A DNA stretch of 64,000 bases from Ignavibacteriota bacterium (lineage in GTDB: Bacteria; Bacteroidota; Ignavibacteria; UBA10030; UBA6906), in the NCBI GenBank assembly GCA_963801355.1, contig CAWDEM010000008.1, positions 2,080,001-2,144,000 of the forward strand, given 5' to 3'. Of this stretch, positions 44,901 to 53,498 are shown in pieces. The translations under genes were made by a program, and so were the position numbers. Below the pieces are notes generated by a model. It made no database searches and was not told the origin of the DNA. It saw only the letters and a program-made list of their open reading frames with translations. Position 1 is the first letter of the stretch, and the number at the start of each line of letters is the position of its first letter.

Positions 44901-47048
44901 TCACCTCTCCTCGTTTGAGCGGCGGATGGGCATCAGGCTGAATCGTTGAAAATACTGAAGGCACGTATCCCTCCAACTCGCTGCGTCAATCTTCTGCTTC
45001 TCGAGCCGTGCCTTGACGTGCGCGAATACTGCAGAGTCGACTGAGTGCTCAAGCGACAGCCAGGTGCCATACATCGAATCTACGTATTCCGTTCCCGTGT
45101 AGTATTTCGTACACAGCTCTTCCCAGAGCGTCCTTCCCGATTGCATGTGGTGATCCCAACTGACATGGTGGAACCAGAGGAGGTACTTCTCCGGGCATGA
45201 TGCAACTCCATCTAGCTGTTCACGTAGGGGAGAAGCGTACTGACTCACTGCATTGCTCCCGGTGGAGCTACGGTCATAGCCAAGACCGACGGCATCTGCC
45301 CGATGGTAGTACGTCGAACGCCAATCCACCCTCCCCGTGTCGAGTTGGGGTCCGGGGCCGTAGTGAACATCCACCTGCATAATGTGATGCAATCCCAATG
45401 GGGTCATGTAGTTGACACATGCCTCCCATGAACCCATCATCATTGCGTGAACAGTCGACACTACTCCGGCGTCATTGCCGAGTGTCATCTGGATCCACTC
45501 GTTGGCGATGTCTCCCGCGGACTGCGTGTGATCCCACGCGAGGCGGCCGAAGGCATACCAGTTTGCCTGGGCGAAGAGATGCCCGCACCAGTTCTTTTCG
45601 TCGCCGGTGTTCGCCACCCCCGCGATCCCGGTCATCGCGCGCTTCTGCAGGCTTCCGTCAATGATGGCGCCGAGTGTAGAACCCGGGCCACGGGTGAAAA
45701 GGTCGAATTGCAGATACTCTTTCCACATGGGCGCGAGGTATACCAAATGCGTGGAATGCCCCAGATATTCCTGCGTGATCTGGAGCTCAAGCATCAGCGG
45801 CGTCTTTGGCATTGCTCCGAAGAGAGGTTGCACGGGCTCCCGGGGCTGGAAGTCGAGCGGCCCGTTCTTCGCCTGTATGAATACATTTGAACGGAACCCT
45901 CCATCAAGAGGCACGAATTCCTTGTATGAGCGCTTCACACGGTCGGCATCACTCAGTGCATCATACACAAATGACCGCCACATCACTATGCCGCCGTGCG
46001 GTGCCAGTGCCTCGGCGAGCATATTGGCACCATCGGCATGCGTTCTGCCGTATTCCTGAGGCCCCGGCATTCCTTCGGAGCTCGCTTTCACCAGAAATCC
46101 CCCGAAATCAGGAATGCAGCGGTACACCTCTTCGACTTTGCGTTTCCACCATGCCCGCACGTCCGGATTCAGCGGGTCCGCCGTTGTGAGATCCCCGATC
46201 CCTCCTTTTCTATTCCCTTCCTGCTCGAACCGGGCGGAAATGGGAGAGGAAAAATTGACGGAGAGGAATATACGAATGCCGTAGGGACGGAACACGGCCG
46301 CTATTGCGGCTGCTTTGGCAAGATATGCGGATGTCAGAATACGCGGATTCGCATTGACATTGTTGAGCACGGTCCCGTTGATGCCAATCGATGCACATGC
46401 CCGGGCATAGTCGCGGTAGCGGGCATCGGTTGCGGAAGGCAGCGTGTCCCATCGCCAGAGCGATGTGCCGGCATATCCCCGTTCCACAGTGCCGTCAAGA
46501 TTGTCCCAGTGATCCAGAAGACGGAGTTGTACTCGTGGCCTTGAGACGACGTCGATGCGGTCGATCACCCGGTGAGTCTGGAGCAGGCGGAGAAAATGGA
46601 AAGAACCGTACAGGAGTCCGCGTTCGTCATTGGCGATAATGATCAGTGTCCTGACGCCGTTCTTCTTTGTTGCTTTGATCGCATATCCCTCTGATCCTAG
46701 GGAGTCGAGCAGCGCGGCATACCCGGTCATCTTCAAAGCACGGAAGTGCTGCGGTGTTGCAGCGACAAGGGCGCCCACAGCACGTCCGGCCGCCCGCACG
46801 GGGATTTCCTTGCCGAGCAGGCCGCGTATCCCTCCCTGCAATTCGTCGCGGATCACCTGTACAGTAGGGGAGTTCCCCGGAATCACGAGTGCACGGATCA
46901 CGTGACGGTAGTGTTGCAGGCGGGCTCCGTCAGTGACTGGGTCGTACTTCAACCAGAGACGATAGCCGTCATCCCCAAAAGCTGCGTGCACGACAAGGCA
47001 TGCAATAACGAGAATAGCCCTCAGGGGTTTCGTTGGATTCATTCCCAT
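44901..47048 (-). CDS. aguA: GH67 alpha-glucuronidase
   Basis: DDGYRLWLKY, HWDNLDGTVERGYAG, NNVNA, KNGPLDFQPREP, ELQITQEYLG, YMTPLGLHH. Confidence 0.93.
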   Translation of the reverse strand: MGMNPTKPLRAILVIACLVVHAAFGDDGYRLWLKYDPVTDGARLQHYRHVIRALVIPGNSPTVQVIRDELQGGIRGLLGKEIPVRAAGRAVGALVAATPQHFRALKMTGYAALLDSLGSEGYAIKATKKNGVRTLIIIANDERGLLYGSFHFLRLLQTHRVIDRIDVVSRPRVQLRLLDHWDNLDGTVERGYAGTSLWRWDTLPSATDARYRDYARACASIGINGTVLNNVNANPRILTSAYLAKAAAIAAVFRPYGIRIFLSVNFSSPISARFEQEGNRKGGIGDLTTADPLNPDVRAWWKRKVEEVYRCIPDFGGFLVKASSEGMPGPQEYGRTHADGANMLAEALAPHGGIVMWRSFVYDALSDADRVKRSYKEFVPLDGGFRSNVFIQAKNGPLDFQPREPVQPLFGAMPKTPLMLELQITQEYLGHSTHLVYLAPMWKEYLQFDLFTRGPGSTLGAIIDGSLQKRAMTGIAGVANTGDEKNWCGHLFAQANWYAFGRLAWDHTQSAGDIANEWIQMTLGNDAGVVSTVHAMMMGSWEACVNYMTPLGLHHIMQVDVHYGPGPQLDTGRVDWRSTYYHRADAVGLGYDRSSTGSNAVSQYASPLREQLDGVASCPEKYLLWFHHVSWDHHMQSGRTLWEELCTKYYTGTEYVDSMYGTWLSLEHSVDSAVFAHVKARLEKQKIDAASWRDTCLQYFQRFSLMPIRRSNEER

Positions 47049-47061
47049 CCGAGGTCCGCAC

Positions 47062-48652
47062 TCATTTGACCAAGTGCATCTTCCGGGATTCGACAAACTC
47101 CTCTGCAGTCATCCGGCAAAGGTACATTCCCGAAGAGAGATGTGTGCCGTCGAACTTCACAAGGTAGCGGGCGGGGGCTTTCTTCTCATCCACCAGCACG
47201 GCGACTTGGCGCCCCAACATATCGTATACGGCAAGCCGCACCCGCCTATTGCCCAGCGCCTCGTGCCCAGTGCCTGCAACGGTATACCCTATGCTCGTAC
47301 CCGGATTGAACGGATTCGGATAGTTCTGCTCGAGCGCGAACGTCAGGGGCGCCTCGCTGGTTTCCTCTACGCCCTGAATCAGATCTCCGGTCGTGAACAC
47401 CGCCACGGCGTACGAGCTCGATCCGCTGTCGTTCGCAGCGGTCACCCGCCAGTAGTACCTGGCGTTCGCGTTGAGGGGGGAGAGCTGATGGAGCGTGTCG
47501 GTCACCGTGGTATCCACAACCGTTGTTGTGAACCCGCCCGTGGTTGCGACCTGCACGCGGTACGACAACGCGGAGGCTGAGGGGTGCCAGACCAAACGGG
47601 GATTGCGCGGCTCGCCAGCCGTGCTAACAGGTGATATGAGTGCCGGCGGGAGCGGAGAGGCGATGTATTTGCGCAACCACTGCATCGCAGGGCGCTCGGT
47701 ACCGTTGGACCGGATGAGGTACCCATTCACTTTCCACATGTCACCCTGCATGTACCCCCAGAGAGTAATGCCCTTGACTCCCGGATTCTCCCAGAACAGT
47801 GGAAAGTAGATCTTGTAGTTGGCGAGCTGGATACTGTCGGATTCTTCATTGATGTCGAACTCTGTGATATACACGGGCAAACCCGTCGCAACGAGCCTGT
47901 CGAGGTTGTATTTCAGCGTCGCAACCAGATAGCTATAGGAACTTGGCGCGCCGGCGTAACTCTTGAATTCAAAATAGTGCCCCTGGATGCCGATCGCATC
48001 GACCAGTCTCCGCACCCGCAGAGTGTCAATGAGCGCGAGGTACCTCGTTGTGACAGCATTGTCATGGAGAACATTGTACTCGTTGAGCGTGAGTTTCGCC
48101 GCTGGTGAGCAGTATTGCCTGGCCCATGCTGAACGCCGTGATGATCCAATCCCAACTTGTCTTCCCGCTGTCCCCAAGCGCGTGCATGTACGGAGGTGGT
48201 TGATGGAAAGGCTCGTTGACAACATCCACCATCGACATCGAGCCATATCTCGTCCCGACGGCGTTAATCCACTGCTCCACCTTTGCTCTCTGTTGAGCTG
48301 AGTCGAGGCCGGCAATCCATGGGGGTTGCTGGGCCCCCCAGACGAGGCAATGATGCCTGAAAGGAAAGGACTGAGTCCGGGAGTAGTTGTAGAAGGCGTC
48401 AAGCCATGTCCAGTCGTAGGAATTCATCAATCCTTCGACGCTCTCCCACTTTCCGGCGTTTCCCGGCGATACCTGGTCCCAATACGTGCTAAAATTCGAA
48501 TAAATGGGTATGCCGCTGGTCAACGCATTGCCCACGAATCTGCCTTTGTCTTTGGCTAGTTGCGCTGCAGCGTGCGTCGGGCAAAGAGCGATCACGCAAA
48601 AGCACACCGCAAGGGCCGCGAAATGCCGGACCGACCTCGTCAGATCTCGCAT
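47062..48652 (-). pseudogene. GH10 xylanase + FN3 + T9SS CTD, split by a single frameshift (pseudogene or sequencing error)
   Basis: The N-half (signal, SPGNAGKW, FRHHCLVWG, DVVNEP, WDWIITAF) and C-half (WARQYC, LNEYN, GIQGH, ITEFD, TLWG, NYPNPFNP) are in different frames. The junction is TTC-AGCA-TGG at 48133-48124; total length 1591 = 3n+1. Confidence 0.85.
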
Positions 48653-48708
48653 CGCAAGATCATCCTTCTTCAAGGCACTCGCAGGGACTGTCAAAACTCT
48701 CTGGTAAT

Positions 48709-50619
48709 TCATGGTGCTGGCGGATATGCCCCGATGTAGACACCGTTGTTCCGTGACTGCCCCAGTAATGTACTGATTTCTGCCGGAAGCCGCCTTCCTG
48801 ATGGTAATCCAGGGAATGTCGTCACGACCCGGTAGTTGCCCGTTTCGATACTCTTGAACAGGGGTTCTGTATAGCCCGGGTAGTAACGGCTGTTTGCTTC
48901 ACACTCAGGGTACGCCTTTCGCAATTCCTCCAATGAATTGAACCCCATCTGGCACTCTTTGTTTGAGGCAGGGCTCCACAGAATCAGAGGATACCGCGCC
49001 TCCGCTGCACCACGTACGTACACATTGTGATCAAGCGTTTTCAGTTGCGCATTCGGGAGCTGCGCACAGAGCGTTGCAGGCTGCCAGACAAAAACAAGGG
49101 GTCGGCCGAAATCCCTGTCCCCCACCAGGAGGTTGTTGACGAACACGTGGTCCTCCCGCTTGTCTACGTCCGGTCCGGTGCTGGGATGCCAGCCGAAGTG
49201 GTCGCCCGCGGCACTCCGGGCATTGCGCCCGATACAGGCCATGCTGTTCACGAAGGTATTCTGGTAGATCTGAACATCGGAGGCGTTCAGAACCAAGAGG
49301 CCATGGTCACAATTCACGAACACATTCCCGGCACAAATGGCGCCTTTCGATATCTCAAAGAAGAAGCCGTTGTCGCTCGGCCAGAGCTGATTGATGGGTA
49401 TGGTCGTGTTCACCCGTCCGACATCTTCAATCCAGTTGTTGACGAAGACTCCATCCACATTGCCGACGTCGTACCAAATGCCGTTGGAATTCGACAGCTC
49501 GGTCACCAGATTATCACGGCACGTCACTCTGTAGCTCTGGTTGAAGATCTTTACAGCCGCGGGATAGTAGCCGGTGATATTCTCGATATTGTTGCGCGTG
49601 AAGACATTGCGCTCCAGCAGAACGTCGTTCGAGGCGATCACATACACGCCTTCAGTGCTCGTGTCGCTCACACGGCAGTGCCGGATGGTCAGGTGATCTC
49701 CACGGAAATACCCGGCAACCCGTGAGCAGTAGGAGATCGTACAATTCTCCAGCGTCGTGCCGACGACTTCTTTGCCGTGTTTGGACTCGTCAGACAAACC
49801 CTCCGGCTCCGTACCTTCGACTTCGAGTGCACGGTATGCATACTGGGTGAACGTAATGCCGCGAATCACATATCCTTTGTGGTCTGATTTCTTCCCGTGG
49901 CATTCTCCGGTCGTTCTCAACAGCGCGAGATCGTACGCGGTGATCTCCACCAGGCGATCCGTCGGGTCTACACCGATGTACACGACTCCGGCATCATAGT
50001 CGATGTAGTACGAATTCTCATCCACATCCCCTTCCCAGCCCACGGCCTCGAGGAATTTTCCATCGACGAAGACCATGTCATTGTTGAATCGCCACATTGG
50101 TGTCTTTTTCCCTTCCCGGTTGCGTCGCCACCAGTCCGCCGGTTTCTGCGGGTAGAGGCGGGACCACTTCGTCGTCCACAGACCGTTGCCCAGGTTCTCC
50201 CAGGTCGCAGCGATGAGCGTGCCTTTCAGCACCGGTTGCTCATCCGCGTAGGGCTGGATGGTAATGCCCTGGTTAAGCCGCAAGTTTCCGGTGCGGTAGG
50301 TTCCGCCGCGCATCACAATGGCATCGCCGGTACGCGCCCGTGCGATGGCGGTTTCCAGCGTCGTGGGCTTTGCGAGCGTCTCGCCTGAGTGTTCGGTTCT
50401 CCCGTCGACTGCAACGTAGTAGATCGTTCCGGCCTTAGTGGGCAACTCGTAGGTCTGCCGGATGGGGCCGTAGGGGCCGCCGGAGGGTTGGCAGGATGCC
50501 GGCACAATGTTCACACACGTGCTGAGAACCACACAGGCTATACACCACCGCGCATGCCATCCTGCTATGTCCAGCGTGTTTCTGTCTGTCACACCAGTAT
50601 TCATACGTGTCTCATTCAT
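48709..50619 (-). CDS. Exported right-handed parallel beta-helix (pectin-lyase-like) protein of unknown function
   Basis: YYVAVDG...PTTLETAI..ARTGDAIVMRGGTYR, Asn-ladder repeats, GIWYDVGN, FFFEISKG. Confidence 0.75.
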   Translation of the reverse strand: MNETRMNTGVTDRNTLDIAGWHARWCIACVVLSTCVNIVPASCQPSGGPYGPIRQTYELPTKAGTIYYVAVDGRTEHSGETLAKPTTLETAIARARTGDAIVMRGGTYRTGNLRLNQGITIQPYADEQPVLKGTLIAATWENLGNGLWTTKWSRLYPQKPADWWRRNREGKKTPMWRFNNDMVFVDGKFLEAVGWEGDVDENSYYIDYDAGVVYIGVDPTDRLVEITAYDLALLRTTGECHGKKSDHKGYVIRGITFTQYAYRALEVEGTEPEGLSDESKHGKEVVGTTLENCTISYCSRVAGYFRGDHLTIRHCRVSDTSTEGVYVIASNDVLLERNVFTRNNIENITGYYPAAVKIFNQSYRVTCRDNLVTELSNSNGIWYDVGNVDGVFVNNWIEDVGRVNTTIPINQLWPSDNGFFFEISKGAICAGNVFVNCDHGLLVLNASDVQIYQNTFVNSMACIGRNARSAAGDHFGWHPSTGPDVDKREDHVFVNNLLVGDRDFGRPLVFVWQPATLCAQLPNAQLKTLDHNVYVRGAAEARYPLILWSPASNKECQMGFNSLEELRKAYPECEANSRYYPGYTEPLFKSIETGNYRVVTTFPGLPSGRRLPAEISTLLGQSRNNGVYIGAYPPAP

Positions 50620-50634
50620 GGAAACCGACTCCCA

Positions 50635-52428
50635 TTATTTCAAAAGCATCATTGTTCGCGTTTCGACATACTCTCCGGCTGTCATCCGGTACAGATACAC
50701 TCCGGAAGCAAGTCCTGCGCCATCGAACTTCACTGTGTAGGCTCCCGGTTCCTTCGCTTCATCCACCAGCGCGGCAACCTCCCGCCCGAGCATATCGTAC
50801 ACTACGAGTCGCACCCACCTCGTGCCCATTGACTCGTGCCCATTGCCTGTAGCCGGCAGGCTGTAGCCTATGGTCGTGCTCGGATTGAACGGATTCGGAT
50901 AGTTCTGATGCAGCGCAAACGATGTTGGGGTGTGCTCATTTGCGGCGACCGCACTCGTACCCGGGACAAGACCATCAAGCGCAGTCTTGAGCGTGTCGCG
51001 AGCCTGTCCCAGCGCATCGGCAGCAGAGACCGAGGCCGAGTAGTCCCGTGTCATCGCTCCCTTAGCGGAGGCGATCGCCGCGACCAGCCTCGCCCATGAC
51101 CCTGCCGTGAATGTGCCTTCCTGTATGGTGTCTGCATAGGCGATCATTGAGTCCAGAGCATTATAGGCGATCCCGACCCCTACGGCAGCATAGAACGCCG
51201 GCTTGCACCGATCCAGCGAATCCCAGAACGAGGAATTTGGTACGAATGTATACCTGTCGTTCAGACCATCTTTGGTGAAATTCACGATTTTCCCGCGGCC
51301 TGAACGAGAGCTTCTTTCTACAAAACATTTTAACAGCGCCCCGACCTGATTCGCCTGCGCTGCCAATCCTTCGGACGTGTAGCTGTTGGGTTTCACGTCA
51401 AATTCCGTTACAGCCATCTCGCTGCAGACGGTATCGAATTTAGCGTACGAGGCTTTCCATTGCGCAGCAGTCGGTGATGCTATGGCATCATGCTCCTGCA
51501 TGCCGATGCCATCCAGATATCCCGCGCGAAAGATGGGGCCACAGATCCTGACAATCCCGTCGGCTTTGTTTGCATCGTGAGTACTGTAGTCATTGTAGTA
51601 CAGCTTGATCTGCGTTTCGCCATAGTGCATGGTGTAGTTGCGGGCAAACTCGAACGCCTTCATGATATACGTGTTGTCGCCAAAGGTTGTGTACCATTCA
51701 TTATTGGCTGAGCGATCGGTCCCGGTGACGTCGTTCACTGCTTCATTCACAACATCACAAGCGAGCAGCACTCCCGGCCATCCTTCATGAATCAGTCTGA
51801 TCACTTCTTTGATGTAGTTCTCCAGACGGCTTGTCATCTTTTCTTTCGTCAGACGTGTACCAGAGGATGCGTAACCCTCTCGAAAGAAACCGGTGCCCGG
51901 GGTTTGACTGTACCACACCAGCGTATGGCCGCGCATCTTGAATCCTTGCCTCTGCGCCCAGTTGAGCTGCGCAATCAGGTTTCCGTTGAACTTGATGATG
52001 GGGTGGATGTTGATTGAGTCTTTCCCCGCTTGCGTTGTTGCCGCATTGTAGGCCGTAGCACTGCCGGTGAGATCCACGGTAAATTGGGGCTTCATGTTGT
52101 TGCCCGGACCCATGGAATTCATGTGGTACCGTATCAAATAGCCACCGTTCGTATCAACCACACTCGACTGGCCGATCACGTACGGGTCAGAGGAAAACCC
52201 GATGTGTGTATAGGACAACAGGCAGCCCACATAGAAGTCCCTGGCAAAGACATTTTTCAGGGCAGGGACATTTGTTTGTATCGTGTCCTGTACGCCGGCA
52301 CGCACGGAAGCAACAGTCAGGAGGGTCATGCACACAATTGCCACGATCCTCAGCGGCAGGGCCATCGAACGACCGGCCGCGTGCCTGTTCTCTGTTTTCC
52401 TTTCACACATCAGCGCAATTCTTTTCAT
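50635..52428 (-). CDS. GH10 endo-xylanase with a helical (FIVAR-like) linker and T9SS CTD
   Basis: GPGNNMKP, MRGHTLVWYSQTP, DVVNEA, LYYNDY, GIGMQEH, VTEFD, QNYPNPFNP. Confidence 0.88.
   Translation of the reverse strand: MKRIALMCERKTENRHAAGRSMALPLRIVAIVCMTLLTVASVRAGVQDTIQTNVPALKNVFARDFYVGCLLSYTHIGFSSDPYVIGQSSVVDTNGGYLIRYHMNSMGPGNNMKPQFTVDLTGSATAYNAATTQAGKDSINIHPIIKFNGNLIAQLNWAQRQGFKMRGHTLVWYSQTPGTGFFREGYASSGTRLTKEKMTSRLENYIKEVIRLIHEGWPGVLLACDVVNEAVNDVTGTDRSANNEWYTTFGDNTYIMKAFEFARNYTMHYGETQIKLYYNDYSTHDANKADGIVRICGPIFRAGYLDGIGMQEHDAIASPTAAQWKASYAKFDTVCSEMAVTEFDVKPNSYTSEGLAAQANQVGALLKCFVERSSRSGRGKIVNFTKDGLNDRYTFVPNSSFWDSLDRCKPAFYAAVGVGIAYNALDSMIAYADTIQEGTFTAGSWARLVAAIASAKGAMTRDYSASVSAADALGQARDTLKTALDGLVPGTSAVAANEHTPTSFALHQNYPNPFNPSTTIGYSLPATGNGHESMGTRWVRLVVYDMLGREVAALVDEAKEPGAYTVKFDGAGLASGVYLYRMTAGEYVETRTMMLLK
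50777..50877. repeat. 101-bp direct repeat, copy A (inside the GH10 CTD coding region)
   Basis: Identical by eye to 53641-53741. Confidence 0.9.
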
Positions 52429-52544
52429 TGAGGCTCCTGCTGTCGTATGTGGTTCGGAAAAGTGATATTCATGTACCTACAGTGCGCTGCGTTGTCAGTC
52501 GTCAGTGGCCACATCCTCACCCAACAGCATCCACGGATACCTGA

Positions 52545-53381
52545 CTACCGGCTCCTTATTGCTTGCAGATACTCACACACATCCACCATCGTCGCCACCC
52601 AGATGTCTTTCTCATGCTGTTTCAAGAAAGAGATCAGTTCCCGGTGGTCGGCCAATGACACATTCAGAGAATGCTCTCCACCCACCCCGTGAAAGAGAAA
52701 CACCACCAGCGCGTTCTTCGCCTCTGCTTCGTGCACAAGGCGAATTAGCGCTTCTCCGGACTGCCCGTTGATCATGTACGCACCCACATCGTAAACGTCA
52801 GTGTTGTCAACTGTCTGCATCTTCCCTGTCACTCCACGCGCGCCGGGAAAGAGCCGGGTGACTTCGCCGACATACGATGAGTCGCCGGCTTGTGTATCAC
52901 CGCAGGGATAGGCAAACGTTCTTTGCGTCTTGCCGTCAATTGCCTCGAGCAGCGTATTTGCCATCGCGATTTCATCAACAATGCGCCGGAGAGTGTAGTG
53001 GCTCAGATTGTAGTCCGGCGGCACCCATGCCCTTCCGGGAGCACTTCCCTCGCAGGGATGATACAACGTGTGATTACCGAGTTCATGTCCTCTCTGTGCC
53101 ACGGCAGACCAGTCTTTGATCCGCGCTCTAAAACCGGGAAAGAAACCGGAGATGTAGAAAGTTCCTTTCAGACCGAGAGTATCCAGCGCCGGGACAACCT
53201 TGTCGAGATGGACGTTCAGCCCATCATCATAGGTCAGGACGACTGCACATTTCTTTCCGTGCCATGGTCCGCCCTCCTGTCCCTGCACGGGAAGTTCCAT
53301 GGCAGCCAGCAAGACGATAAGGACGACACAGCGCAGCAGAATCCCTGAAGCACGATGTGAAAAGAGACGATGCGATTCCAT
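52545..53381 (-). CDS. CE4 polysaccharide deacetylase (probable acetylxylan esterase)
   Basis: VVLTYDDG, GHELGNHTLYHP, TFAYPCG, FLFHGVGG; signal peptide after MESHR (start 53381 preferred). Confidence 0.82.
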   Translation of the reverse strand: MESHRLFSHRASGILLRCVVLIVLLAAMELPVQGQEGGPWHGKKCAVVLTYDDGLNVHLDKVVPALDTLGLKGTFYISGFFPGFRARIKDWSAVAQRGHELGNHTLYHPCEGSAPGRAWVPPDYNLSHYTLRRIVDEIAMANTLLEAIDGKTQRTFAYPCGDTQAGDSSYVGEVTRLFPGARGVTGKMQTVDNTDVYDVGAYMINGQSGEALIRLVHEAEAKNALVVFLFHGVGGEHSLNVSLADHRELISFLKQHEKDIWVATMVDVCEYLQAIRSR

Positions 53382-53498
53382 TATCCCTCGCGATGTTCCT
53401 GTTACTCTGCCCGCTAATTCGTCACGAACGTTGTGATGCTTGACGGCTCCAGAACTGCGGTGTGGTTCAGCAGGTTTCTTTTCATCAGGGACTTTCAT

